64,000 nt of DNA from Mobula hypostoma (lineage: Eukaryota), in assembly GCF_963921235.1 (NCBI RefSeq), contig NC_086097.1, positions 151,654,001 to 151,718,000 on the forward strand. The letters run 5' to 3'. Numbering within the stretch: position 1 is the stretch's first letter; the number at the start of each line of letters is the position of its first letter. The notes beneath the pieces were generated by a model, which saw only the letters and a list, made by a program, of their open reading frames with translations, was not told the DNA's origin and made no database searches. Positions 12,830 to 25,299 of the stretch are shown here, one piece after another. The position numbers and the translations under genes are program-made.

Positions 12830-13462
12830 TCCCCTCAGATTGGGTGAGAGTAGAACCATGGGTCATAGGTTTAGGTGAACTATTTAAGAAGAATCTGAGA
12901 GGGAACTACTTCTATCTAGAGTGTGATGTGAGCTTCCAGGTAGATGCAGCTTCAATTACCCCTCAACCATGAGGCTCTTGAACCAAAGGGGATAACTTCA
13001 CTCAATTTCACTTGCCTCATCATTGAAAAGTTCCCACAAACTATGGACTCTTCGCCCCATGTTATCAATATTCGTTCCTTAAAAATTTATTATTATTATT
13101 ATTTCTTTTTGTATTTGCACAGTTTTTTGTCTTTTGCACACTAGTTGAATGCCCAAGTTGGCGTGGTCTTTTATTGATTCCATTATGGTTATTATTCTAT
13201 TATGGACTTATTGAGTATGCCCGCAAGAAAATGAATCTCAGGGACTTGTATATGGTGACATATATGTACTTCGATAATAAATTTACTTTGAACTTCAGTT
13301 GTAACATTTAAGAGAAGTTTGGTTAGGTACAGTACATGGATAAGAGGAGCATGGAGGTCTATAGTCTGGGTGCAGGTAGATGGGTGTAGGCAGAAAACCA
13401 GGCTGGCATGGACTAGATAGGCTGCAGGGGCTGTTTCTGTTTTGTATTGCTCTATGACTCTG
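12830..13462 (+). mobile_element. CR1 3' end interrupted by a Rex1/Babar-type 3' UTR (12959-13293)
   Basis: The CR1 tail ends ctctatgactct. The insert ends gataataaatttactttgaac, and near-duplicated flanks cttcaatt / cttcagtt surround it. Confidence 0.7.
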
Positions 13463-13499
13463 TGAGTGTATCTGGAATAAAAGCCATTTGTCGATACTC

Positions 13500-14200
13500 A
13501 GCCCAGGTACTTAGCTGATAAGACCCCTCTGTAATTTCTCATAATGCTTGACACAGTCTATTTGAGTTCCATCCACAAACTTATTAAGCATACCTTGTAT
13601 ATTCCTATCAAAATCTTTTACATTCATTACAGATAGCAAAGATACCAGGTCCAACCCCCCTAGGCAAACCACTAGACATGGGCCTTCAGTCTGAGAAACA
13701 AGCATCATCGTCTCCTTCCTATCACTGAGCCAATTATGAATCCTATCTATTATCGCCTTTGGATCCCATGCAATCTAACCTTCGAGACGAGCCTACCACA
13801 AAGGACCTTGTCAAAGGCATTTCTGAACTCCATATGGACAACATCCACTGCCCTACCCTTATCTACCCACTTACTTACCTCCTCGAAGAACTCATGGAGA
13901 ATTATCAGCCATGACTTCTTGTATACAAAGCCATGCTGACTATCCTGAATCAGATCCTCCTTTCCCTGCAAATAATCTTGCCCACTCAAACTTGGCAAGA
14001 TTGCATCTAATGGCTCCAAATTTGCTCTGCCCCAGTTTAGGACTCCAACCTGTGAACCTGTCATATCCTTCTCCATAACTATTTATAAGTCAGTAAAATT
14101 ATGGTCATTGTAGCCAAAGTACACACAGAGAGACACATCTGTCACTCATTCACCAGGAGGAGGTTCAGTATTGCACCCTCTTTAGGAGGTCCTTCTATAC
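13500..14200 (-). mobile_element. CR1 RT fragments with internal deletion
   Basis: ORF 13750-14076 SQHGFV..KS...EFFEEV...AVDVVHMEFRNAFDKV. Confidence 0.85.
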
Positions 14201-14229
14201 AGTATATTGATAAAGGCAAGTTTCTGGAC

Positions 14230-14440
14230 ACAGGTACTGAGTATCAAGAATGCACTACCAAAGAGAGTGGTGGAAGCAGAGTCACTAAGAAGCATCTAGA
14301 TAAACACATGAATTGCTAGGGCACTGAAGGCTATGGACCAAGTGCTGGAAGATGGAGCACATACAGATAGTACCCATTGGCTAGCATGGGTGTGGTGGGA
14401 CAAATGGCCTCCTTCCATGCGGTATGACTCTGTAACTCTA
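14230..14440 (+). mobile_element. CR1 3' end (decayed)
   Basis: NALP.RVVEA motif and tail gtatgactctgtaactcta. Confidence 0.7.
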
Positions 14441-15289
14441 AGAATAAAGGTTGCTGAAGGTAATTCAGCAAAGTGATGCTCATTATGGAACAGCCTGTCA
14501 TTGGCTGTCTGGTGATGATTTTCTGCTATATTTTAATGGTTGGCAGTGCCAACCATGTTTGTATTGTGAAGTGAGCAGTGCTAGATTCTTGTTGGGTACC
14601 AGAAAGGTGAAAAATCCAAAATCTACCCTCTGCTGGAAAGGCAGAAGGAAGAAAAAAGATCATGTTTTAATTAGAATGAAAAAAGCTTTGCAACAGGACA
14701 TAAGCAATTTCAACTTCAATTGGCATGTATCTGAGTATGACTTTGATTTTTGGCTCATTTGATAGAGAATATCCCAGTAGAGGAAAGCAAATGAAAAGAG
14801 TTGGAAAAAAAAGAACTTTCTGACATAAATGTTACTGTTAAAACAGTTTCTATGCAGGAAGTCCAAATTTTAAAACCTGCATTGGGAGAAGTAAATATTT
14901 TCTTTCCCCCTGTAGATCTTCTTACAGTGACATTAACTGAGTACTACCCAAGTTTTCCATTTGTTAAGAGAATCTACAGGACAGCTGAAGAGTCTAATCT
15001 ACTCATCCCTTTATAGATGTTGAGTGGTTTGTTGCATATTTTAAGGCCTTCAATTGTTAGTAAGTGTCCTTGCTTCTGTTTGTCTTAAGAAACAAGCCGA
15101 AGAAAAATTCCTTTCACTTACCCACAAATTAAATAGTGGTATAACAACTTAAATTCCCAAGGCAAGGGTTCGGATATTCAGATTGTTGCTGAGGCCACTA
15201 AGGCCAATTGAATGCAATGCAGAGTAGAGACTGAACCTGTACAGTTCACTGGATGCATGGTTGGTCTTGAGACCCCTGTTACTCATTAT

Positions 15290-16414
15290 TTATATAAGTG
15301 ATTGAGATGCAAATTCTCAAGGCTTGATCAGTAAGAAAATGTGGTGGATATTGAAGAAGGTTATTGTAAATTACAAGGGGATCTTTATCAGTTACAGAAG
15401 TCGGCTAAGGTGCAGCAAATAAGTTTCAATACAGGTAAGTGTGAGGGAATGCGTTTGGGAAAGTCCAGTGTAGGGCTTACACTATAGATGGTAGGACATT
15501 AGGAAGCATAAAGGAACTGAAGGACTTCAAAGTACTAGTGTATAATTTGTTGAGAGCAGTGTCACAGTTAGATAGAATGGTGCAAAATACGTATATCATC
15601 TTTCCTTCATCAGAGTATAGGAATTGGAACATTATTTTGCAGTTGTATTAAGTTGTGGTGAGGTCACACCTGGAGCACTCTGTACAGTTTTGGTCATCCT
15701 GTTATAGGAGAGATGTGGTTAGACTGGAAAGAGTGCATTAAGATTAACACAAATGTTGTGAGGACTAGGGAGCCTGAATTACAGGGAGTGGTTGGCCAGG
15801 GCAGGTCTTTATTCTGTTAATATAGGAGAATGAGGAGCAACATTATAGAAGTAGTTAAGATCATGAGATTTTCTGAAAGTTATGACATTTTTTCTCAGTC
15901 CTTTTCCCGGGATAACAAAGTCCAAAACTAGAATGCTAGAGGTGGAAAGAAGCCTATTTGTGGCTGTATGAACTAATGCTATGACAGTGGCTATAAAATA
16001 ATTACACATTCCTTAAATAAAGGAGGCCAAAACAAGGGAGATAGAGATGGAAGGAAGCCCATTTGTCTAATAATAAGGCAGTGGCCGCACAATCAGTAAG
16101 AATGCCTAAATAGGAAATGTTACTGACAATGTTACTTCTCCCCAGTAGTGCTAAGGATAACAGAGGTAGATTTGGAGTAAGTGGGAAAGAATTTAAAAAG
16201 GACCTGAGGGGCAGATTTTTCATGCAGGGCGGCGAGTATATGGAATGAGCTGCCAGAAGAAGCTGTTGAAGGAAGAAGAATAATATAATTTAAGAAGTAC
16301 TTGGATAGATACGTGGAGGAGCAGGACTTAGGGGGATGTGGGCTGAACACATGAAATTCGGACGAGATGGGCAGGTACCATAGTCAGCATGCACTTGTTG
16401 GGTCAAAGAGACTG
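15290..16414 (+). mobile_element. CR1 RT to 3' end (decayed)
   Basis: RSHLEHSVQFWSSCYRRD and WNELPEEAVE motifs. The tail is split by the Tigger insertion and resumes at 17876. Confidence 0.8.
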
Positions 16415-16416
16415 TA

Positions 16417-17875
16417 CAGGTGTCCACCGCTTTTCGAACATTCGTTTTACCAAACCTCACTGTTACGAAAGACTGACATTAGTTCCCTGTTTTCGCTAAC
16501 AGAAGATGTTTTCACTGTTATGAAAAAAGGCAGCGCGTACCCCGAGCAGCCGCTTCTCCCCCGGATTCGGAACAGCATTCTAGCCGGCATTGCTTAAACA
16601 CTTGCCTGTGAGCAGCCGTTAGTAAGATGAGTTCTAAGGTATCGGAAAAGCCTAAAAGAGCTCATAAAGGTGTTACACTTAGCGTAAAACTAGACATAAT
16701 TAAGCATTTCGATCGTGGTGAACGAAGCAAGGACAAAGTGAGTTTGGCTTGTGGAAGATGATGAAGATGATGTTCAAGAGGTTTGGCATCCCATGACCAA
16801 GAACTGATAGATGAAGAGCTGATGCAGTTGCAAGAGGAAAGGATAACAATCAAACCGAATGCAGTAGCAAACAGACCGGAAGTGAAATCGTCCAGGAACT
16901 GAATGTGATGCAACTGCATGAGATTTTCACTGCAATGATAAAGTACGACCTTAATTTTGAAAGGGTACATCGGTTTAGGGCATATTTGCAAGATGGTTTG
17001 AGTGCTTACAAAGAACTGTACGACAGAAAAATGCGCGAGTCTAGCAGTCAAGCAAGCCTTCAGTAGACGACGAATCTCGACCTTCGACATCGAGTCAGGC
17101 AGACATAGAAGAAGATGACCTTCCTGCCCTGATTGATGATGAGATGACACCCCAGTGTTCCACCACTCAAACCCCTGGGCCGCGGACAGATACCGATTCG
17201 TGGAGAATGCAGCGATTGCCGATTGTGTCGCCTCTGATCTGGGCTGACATTTACATGCTGGGCGGCACCTAATTAATTAGCTTGTTTATTTTGGCTTTTT
17301 TCTTAAAGATGTGCTGGGTGCGTCCTGGCTACCGCTGCATTCTTCGCGGATCGGTATCGGTCAGCGGCCCGGAGGGTGGGGGCCACTGCACCATCCCAAC
17401 CTCCGACGACTCAGCCTAACACACCATCATCAGTGTGCTTGATGTCTGCTCGATTCCAGTAAGTGATACTACACTGTACATACATTATTTCTACTTTATA
17501 TTGGCTGTGTATGCATTATTTGGTATGATTTGGCAGCTTCATAGATTAATGTTTACTGGAGAGAGTGTTTCTGCCGAGAGCGTTTGCGTGAGATTTTCGC
17601 TACGGAGAACAGTGCAGGCAATGATTGTAGAGAAGTATTTCTACTTTATATAAGCTGTGTATTTATCATATCATATTCCTGCTTTTACTATATGTTACTG
17701 TTATTTTAGGTTTTATGTGTTATTTGGCATGATTTGAAAGGTTATTTTTGGGTCTGCGAACGCTCACAAATTTTTCCCATATAAATAAATGGTAATTGCT
17801 TCTTCACTTTACGACCTTCCAGCTTACGAACCGTTTCATAGGAACACTCTACTTTCGGATGGCGGGGAAAACCTG
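16417..17875 (+). mobile_element. Tigger/pogo DNA transposon, internally deleted
   Basis: TA TSDs at 16415-16416 and 17876-17877. Imperfect TIRs caggtgtccaccgcttttcgaa vs caggttttccccgccatccgaa (reverse complement). ATG 16627 gives MSSKVSEKPKRAHKGVTLSVKLDIIKHFDRGE (CENP-B-type HTH), fused to the C-terminus (SHDQELIDEELMQL...YKELY). The DDE domain is absent. Confidence 0.9.
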
Positions 17876-17889
17876 TATCTATATTGACT

Positions 17890-17990
17890 ATGACTGTCTG
17901 ATGAAAAGCCTCAGATCTGAAACATTGACTGTTCCTCTTACCATATACTGTATGCTGCCTGAGCCGAGTTTTTTCAGGTGTTTTCTGTTA
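17890..17990 (+). mobile_element. Penelope-like terminal fragment with decayed hammerhead
   Basis: ctgatga(17898)-aaagcctcagatct-gaaacattgactg...atgctgcctga. Confidence 0.65.
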
Positions 17991-18029
17991 TAATTTTATC
18001 AACATCTTGCCAAACATATGCCTTCCATC

Positions 18030-18255
18030 ACTTTGAAGGAGAAAGCAGCACGTGCTTGGATCTTGAGCTTTTTAGCCGCATCCTGAACTGCAGATCAAAT
18101 CATCATTCAATTTCAATCCTGGAACTAAAAGCATCATGAGAGTGTTTGGACTATAATGGTCTAAGAACAAGACCAATCAACATCTTCCCCAAAACAATCA
18201 ATACTGGCCTTGCTAGTGACGTCTGTACCTTGAGGATGCAAATATAAGAAAATAA
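18030..18255 (+). mobile_element. Old copy of LINE family B 3' end
   Basis: aatcctggaact...ggactataatggtctaagaa...aatactggccttgctagtgacg aligns by eye with the reverse complement of 1757-2092. Confidence 0.55.
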
Positions 18256-20344
18256 TTTGCGCAGTGAGAGTCTTTAATGGAGGAATATGCCGCAATATAT
18301 TTCATTAGCTGGTAGGAATTGTTGTGACTGTCATTGATGTCACAGGAGAGGCACTGAAGCTGGTGATATAGAAGGTTTTATTCCAGAGGCATTCTCATGG
18401 AGACACCGTTGGTAGAGGCTCACAAATCCGACAGTACATTACATTTTAATACCCTTAAGATCCAAGGTAACAGTAGGTGGTACCATACAATGTTTATAGT
18501 TACAATGCCATTGTTTACTTCAATACTTCGGGTGGACAGATGGTTCCTTTGAGGCACACATTTACAGTGGAAGCACATTGTAATTGATGACACCTCTGAA
18601 GCTTCAAATACCTTTGCTGGGAGAAACTAATTAACATTGATATTTTAAAGACCTCTGATGAGAGTGAGCCAGACACCCACCTTTTGATAGAGCTAGTTTG
18701 GTCTCAAGCCTCCTTGAACTTGTTTACAATGATGCAAATTTCTTAAACCATTGACTCAAACACTGGATTCATGCGGGCCAATTAATTCATCCTTATTTTC
18801 TTAATGTTCAGCTGAAGCATCATGGTCATCATTTTGCTAATCTTATCTCTTACAGCCAGTATTACTTATTTGCTTTTAACTTTAATTCACTGCTTGCAAT
18901 TTGCAATTTGCATTAAGAATTGAAGATTGGTTCTTGTTTGAATTATATCTGTGAGATTGACATCACTCCAGAATACTCACTAACATACCCTCCTCTTAGC
19001 CCCTGGATAGAAATATTGTATGTCCCAGGAAGGCCACACCTTAAGGAGAATCAAATCAAGTAGGGCAGCGAAAATGGCTTTCACTTCAGATCCCTTCCTC
19101 AATTAATAACTTATCATGTCCCTACATATTTGCGTCTACACTACCTGTCATCGCTAATTGGCTATCTATAAGACCAAGTAAAGATGGCAATAAAACATTC
19201 CAGAAATTTGATCACATCCTCTTCTCGGACACATTTATCTTCTCAATTTCAATCAGTCTTTGGAATGCAGCTCTGTCATTCATGCGTTCGTTACCTCCTT
19301 CCCCGCTGACTGATTGCACTTTACTGACATCCTTATCTTCGCCCTTTCAATCTCTGGTAATTGAAACTATCAGACCTGCCTGTCAGTAGTTACTGCGTGG
19401 AAAGGGGGCATCAGCAAGGTAACCCTGTTTTAGGTTAACAGGCAACAGGTCACATTCCATGCCATGACAAAAGAATAATCTGACGACAAGCCTCTCTGTG
19501 TCTTTGATCGATCTACAGGAGGGTTGGGCTGGACTCTATTTGAATGGCTCACGCCGATGGCAAACCCCTCCCAGCTTGAACTTTTGACCACTGGCTCAAT
19601 CACTGACAGGGGCCAGCTCAGTTGTGTCCAGTCCCATTCGAGGCTGGGGTGGCAGCCTTCAGGAGTGATGTGCAATCTCTTCTCTTTCTCAGTCTGCCTT
19701 TCCATCAAGGTAACTCAGATCCCTTCCCATCTATATTCCCAATATCTTTCTATTTTGATCTATACAACTAGTCATCTATCTCCCAGGACCAGCTTTCATT
19801 ACAAAGTACAGTTACTGTTATACTTTAAACTTTATTCACGGTTTGCTAATGCGTACTCTGTACGTCTTCTGCAATTCCATTTTTATGCTCTTTCATGTGT
19901 GGGTCTACATCCGTCAGGTGTGGTCAGGTATGACGCAGCAGGCTGGTGTCCATCACTTAGGTTATCAGTAATGACATGATTAACTGGTGGACTTGATCCC
20001 TTGTTCTGTCTGTGAGGGTGACATGAAGGTGAACCATATAGCTTAACCAGAGTCCTGTGTTTCCATGGGCTGCCTTGCTGGGACTGTACACCAACACAGG
20101 TGTAACTTGTCTAGGGCACCACCTTTGGTTCTATCCACCTGGGAGTGAACTGTTCCTTTTCAGGCAACTCCCCTGCCATGATTTGACTTCCTGGCTGTGT
20201 GGGGATTATTTTCTCTCCCTCTGTCTCTCTCTGATCAGCAATGTGTCACTGTTGTTTTACATGGTCCTTCAACACTTTAAGCTGCTCGCAGAGGTCCTTT
20301 TCATACTGGGCCATTTTATCCCTACGAGGTCCAGGTTCTCTGCA

Positions 20345-20975
20345 ACCAACAAATTCGAGATGATAAATGTAGAAAATACTAAGAAAAACCAAAAACAATC
20401 CAACACATTACAGGATCCTGCAGCAGTTTAATTCAATCTGATTACTTACACAGGCACAATAAAGTGCCAAACATCATTCATCAAAATCTTGCTTTAAAAT
20501 ACAAACTCATAAAAGAAATCATATCTTACTATAAATACTAGCCTGAACCAGTTTCAGAGTCAGGATACCACAAATTATATTATAACTGATCCATTATTAC
20601 AGATAGGACAATACATAATAACCATCCGGAAATAATGATACAGGATAAACAAGCAAGAATAACTCTTATTAGATATAGCCATTCCAAACACACATAACTT
20701 ACAGAAATCGATCAGTGAAAAGTACCAGAAATATGCTGAATTAAAAGAGGAGATTGAGAGACTTTGGAACATGAACAAGGTATACATTGTTCCAATAGTA
20801 ATATCCACAAATGGTGTCATCCCAAAGGCACTACACAATAGCATTAAACAATTAGGGCTACAAAGCAATACCTTCAGAAAACCACAATACTAAATGCCAC
20901 TAGGATGGTCCAAAACTTCCTAGGCAATTGAGAAATGAGCATCTTTGGCTATGCCTGTACCTCAGGTTTTACCAG
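20345..20975 (+). mobile_element. R4/Dong-clade non-LTR retrotransposon, C-terminal zinc knuckle and restriction-like endonuclease
   Basis: Plus-strand translation DKCRKY*EKPKTIQHITGSC...DYLHRHNKV...TDRTIHNNHPEI...LDIAIPNTHN...EKYQKYAELKEEIERLW...IVPIVISTNGVIP. Several stops and frameshifts. Confidence 0.85.
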
Positions 20976-20977
20976 TT

Positions 20978-21100
20978 GGTAAACTAATTGGTCATTGAAA
21001 TTATCCTGTAATTAGACTAGGGTTAAATTGAGGGATTACGGGCAGTCTGGCTTGAAGGACTGAAAGGGCCTATTCCGTGATGTATCTCAATAAATAAATA
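20978..21100 (+). mobile_element. HE1/V-SINE-like SINE 3' half
   Basis: taattggtcattgaaattatcc...gaaagggcctattcc...aataaataaataa. Similar to 51835-52015 and has a CR1-like tail. Confidence 0.6.
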
Positions 21101-21104
21101 ACTA

Positions 21105-21365
21105 AAAAGAGCTTGGCTTGGATGGTGGAGGTCCTTGATGATGGATGCTGCGTTCCTGTGACAGCACTCCATGTAAGTGTGCTCAATAGTGTGGAAGGCT
21201 TTATCCCTGACGGACTGGGCCATGTTCACTACTTTGTGTAGGGATTTCAGTTCAAGGGCATTAGTGTTTCCATACCAGGCCATGATGCAACCAGTCAATA
21301 TGTCCTCCACCACATACCTATAGATGTTTTTCAAAGTTTACATGATAGGCCGAATCTTCACAATG
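21105..21365 (-). mobile_element. Rex1/Babar fragment
   Basis: ORF 21023-21334 ILTGCIMAWYGN...ERCC..NAASIIKDLHHP. Confidence 0.85.
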
Positions 21366-23228
21366 GCGTTATCCATTCTAGAATCATTACTGTAATACCA
21401 TGGGCTCATAGCTTGTTAAGCAACCTTGTGTGTGGTATCTTGTCAAAGTGCTTCTGAAAATCCAAGTACACAACATCAACTGATTCTCCTTTGTCTATCC
21501 AGCTTTTTATTTCTTCAAAGAATCCCAATAGATTTGTCAGACAAGATTTGCTTTTAGGAAACTATGCTGACTACAGCTAATTTTATCATGTGCCTCCAAG
21601 TACCCTGAGACCTCATCATTAATAATTGAGTCCAACATCTTTCCAACCACTGAGGTCAGACTAACTGGCCTATAGATTCCTTTCTTCAGCCTCTCTCTGT
21701 TCTTGAAGGGTAGAGTAGCATTTGCAATTTTCCAGTCTTCCAGAGCCAATCCAGAATCAAATGATTCTTGAAAGATCATTAATAATGCCTCCACAAACTC
21801 TACATTCACCTCTTTCAGAACTCTTGGTTTATATTATCTGGTCTAGGTGACTTACCCACCTTCAGAGCTTTCAGTTTCACAAGAGCCTTCTCTCTAGTTA
21901 TGGGAACTTCACACACTCCATGTTCCATGATATCTGGGACTTCCACTATGCTGCTAGCATCTTTCAGTGTGAAGACTGATGCCAAATACTTATTCAGTTC
22001 ATTTGCTATTTTGTTGTCCCCCATTATTATCTCTCCAGCATCATTTTCTAGTGGTCCAATATCCATCCTCTCCTCTCTTTTACTTTATGCATCTGAAGAA
22101 ACTTTTGGTATCCTCTTTAATGTTATTGGCTGGCTTACTTTCATATTCCATTTTTACCTTCTTAATGATTTTTGCTCTATTACATGCCCTGTCTTTTGCT
22201 TTTATATTGGCTTTGGCTTCTCTTGTTAGCAACGGTTGTGTCAACTTTTCTTTAGAATATTACTTCCTCTGTGGGATTATATATCCTGTGCCTTCTAAAT
22301 TGCTTCAAGGAATTCCAGTCATTGCTGCTCTGCCGTTATCCCTGACAGTGTTTTTTTCCAATCAATTCTGGCCAACTCCTCTCTCATGCTTCTGTAATTC
22401 CCTTTACTCCGCTGTAATACTGATACATCTGACTTTAGCTTCTCCTTCTCAAATTTCAGGGTGAGTTTGATCATATTGTGATCACTGGCCCCAATAGTTC
22501 TTTTACCTTGAGGTCTCTAATCAGTTCTGGTTCATTGCACAACACCCAGTATAGAAGAGCTGTTCCCCTAGTGGGCTCAATCACAAGCTGCTCTAAAAAG
22601 CCATCTCGTAGGCAATGTAGAAAGTCCCCCTCCCTTAATTCAGCACCAACCTGATTTTCCCAATCTACTTACATATTGAAGTCCCGTATGACTATTTTAA
22701 CATTGCCCTTCTGGCATGCATTTTCTATGTCCCGTTGTAATTTGTAGGTCACATCCGTATTACTGTTTGGGGGTCTGCATACAACTTCTAGCAGGGTTTT
22801 TTTTATCCTTGTAGTTCCTTGGCTCTTTCCACAATGATTTAACACCTTCTGACCCTCTGTCATCTCTTTCTAAAGATTTGATTTCAATTTTTAACAATAG
22901 AGCAATGCCATCCCTTCTGCCTTCCTGCCTATCCTTTCGATAGAATGCGTATCCTTGGACATAACGCTCCCAGCTATAATCTTTGAGTCATGATTCTGTG
23001 ATGCCTAGAACATCACACCTGCCAATCTGCAGGTTCATCTGTCTTATTCCGTATACTGCGGGCATTCAAATATAATATCTTCAGTCCTGTATTCACCTTT
23101 TTCAATTCTGTTCGTCTTTTATGTTGGAGCTTATACTGTTGACCGCAATTTTGCCCTATCAACAGCCTCTCCTTACCACACATTGTGTCTGTTTGTAAAC
23201 CAGCTACCTCATCTTCAGGGGTATTATC
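21366..23228 (-). mobile_element. CR1 ORF2 (APE endonuclease through RT N-terminal half), decayed
   Basis: [49 protein letters not shown] motifs. Confidence 0.9.
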
Positions 23229-23560
23229 CACCTTTCTTACGATGCTTCTTGTATTGAAATATGGGCAGTTCAGGACACTCAGCTCAGCCTTTTGATTTCT
23301 ATCTTTTTCTATGGTCTTACCAACATCTGCCTCAACAAACGCTCCACTAACTCTAGCTAACCAACTAGCTCTCTGGTTCCCCTCCCACTGCAACTCTAGT
23401 TTAAACCCCACTGTGCAGTATCCCGATATGATATTAATCCCCTTCCAGTTTAGGTGCAAACATTCCCTTCTGTACAGATCCCACCTTCCCTGGAAGAGAG
23501 CCCTAGTGATCCAAAAATCTTATGCCCTCCATCCTACACCAACTTCTCAGCCACGTATTA

Positions 23561-24822
23561 CCCTGCATTCCCTTCTGCATCAAGGGGGCGGATGTGCAAG
23601 ACGTCCAGGACTACAGATACCTGGGAACTCACCTGGACAATAAACTGGACCGGACTAAAAATACAGGGGCTCTGTACAAGAAGGGACAGACCTGAATGTC
23701 CTTCCTGAGGAGGTTCCGGTCATTCAATATAGAAACATAGAAACATAGAAAATAGGTGCAGGAGTAGGCCATTCAGCCCTTCAAGCCTGCACCGCCATTT
23801 ATTATGATCATGGCTGATCATCCAACTCAGAACCCCACCCCAGCCTTCCCTCCATACCCCCTGACCCCCGTAGCCACAAGGGCCATATCTAACTCCCTCT
23901 TAAATATAGCCAATGAACTGGCCTCAACAGTTTCCTGTGGCAGAGAATTCCACAGATTCACCACTCTCTGTGTGAAGAAGTTTTTCCTAATCTCGGTCCT
24001 AAAAGGCTTCCCCTCTATCCTCAAACTGTGACCCCTCGTTCTGGACTTCCCCAACATCGGGAACAATCTTCCTGCATCTAGCCTGTCCAATCCCTTTAGG
24101 ATCTTATACGTTTCAATCATATCCCCTCTCAATCCTCTAAATTCCAACGAGTACAAGCCACACCAATACCTTACCCCCAATACCGTGTGCTTTAAGTTTG
24201 CACACTAATCTCCTGTGTGGGACCTTGTCAAAAGCCTTTTGAAAATCCAAATATACCACATCCACTGGTTCTCCCCTATCCACAGTACTTTGCTGCAGAT
24301 GCTCTACAACTCAATGGTGGCCAACGTTCTATTCTATGCTGTAGTCTGCTGGGGCAGCAGGGTGAGAGCAGTTGACACCAAGAAGATCGATAAGCTCGTC
24401 AGGAAGGCTGGTTCTGTTCTGGGGGTGGAACTGGATTCCCTGGTTGTTGTGTCTCAGAGAAGGATGCCCCATAAGCTATGGAGCATTATGGACAATCCCT
24501 CTCACCCCCTCCATGACATACTGGACAAACAGAGGAGCATCTTTAGTAACAGACTGATTCCACTGAGGTGCACCACTGAACGACACAGGAGATCCTTTCT
24601 CCCTGTGGCTATAAGACTCTACAACTCCTCCTCCTTAAGTATACGGTTTCATTGCACATCTGTATCTAGCACTATTACTTTTTAATGCACATTTTGTATT
24701 TTTTTCATACCTCAATGCTTACATTTTGTATTTTAAAATATATATTTCTGACTGAGTAAACTTGCAATAATAATCTCCTTCGGAATAAGTAAAATTTTAT
24801 CATAACTTATCTTATTTTATCT
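23561..24822 (+). mobile_element. Rex1 LINE 3' portion, interrupted by CR1
   Basis: YRYLGTHLDNKLD..NT.ALYKKGQ..FLRRFRSFN, then after the CR1 insert STLLQMLYNSMVANVLFYAVVCWG...RRSFLPVAIRLYN, ending in a (ttatc)n-like tail. Confidence 0.9.
23729..24283 (-). mobile_element. Young CR1, 5'-truncated with internal deletion
   Basis: (atagaaac)n tail. Nearly identical to 48760-48885 plus 49550-49980, with the intervening part missing. Confidence 0.95.
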
Positions 24823-25299
24823 TAAACTGCATAATCTTCCTACTTCTAGCCCCACTAGCATGTGGCCTTGGGTAGCAATCCTGAGATCACAACCCTGGAG
24901 GTCTTGCCCTTTAATTTAGTACCTAACTCCCTGAGCTCCCTATGCAGAACCTTATCATTCGTCCTACTTATGTTCTTGGTACCTACATGGACCACGACTT
25001 CTGGCTGTTCACCCTCCCACTGAGGACTCAATCTGTGATATTCTGAACCCTGGCACCTGGAAGGCAACATCTGGGAATCTCATTCTTGCCCACAGAACCT
25101 CCTGTTCATTCCCCTGACTAACAAACCCTCTATCACCACAGCATGCCTCTTCCCCCCTCCCCTTCCTTTCTGAGTCACAGAAGGCAGACTCAGGGCCAGA
25201 GATTTGCCCACTGTAACTTTCCTCTGTCGGGTCACCTCCCCCCCTCCCCCGACAGTATCCAAAGTGATATACTTATTGTTGAGGAGATGGACACAGGGA

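Noticed and set aside
14801..15016. ORF with a strong-looking acceptor ttttctttccccctgtag at about 14915
   Set aside because: No good donor before the stop and no recognisable protein.
15938..16066. Imperfect 25-bp direct repeat about 104 bp apart inside an old CR1
   Set aside because: Only two copies. Most likely a local duplication or filler DNA.
16662..17150. 162-aa minus-strand ORF
   Set aside because: Antisense shadow of the Tigger transposase remnant.
19693..19709. Possible 17-nt microexon between a pyrimidine tract and gtaact
   Set aside because: Not frame-preserving, and such a signal is expected by chance in 64 kb.
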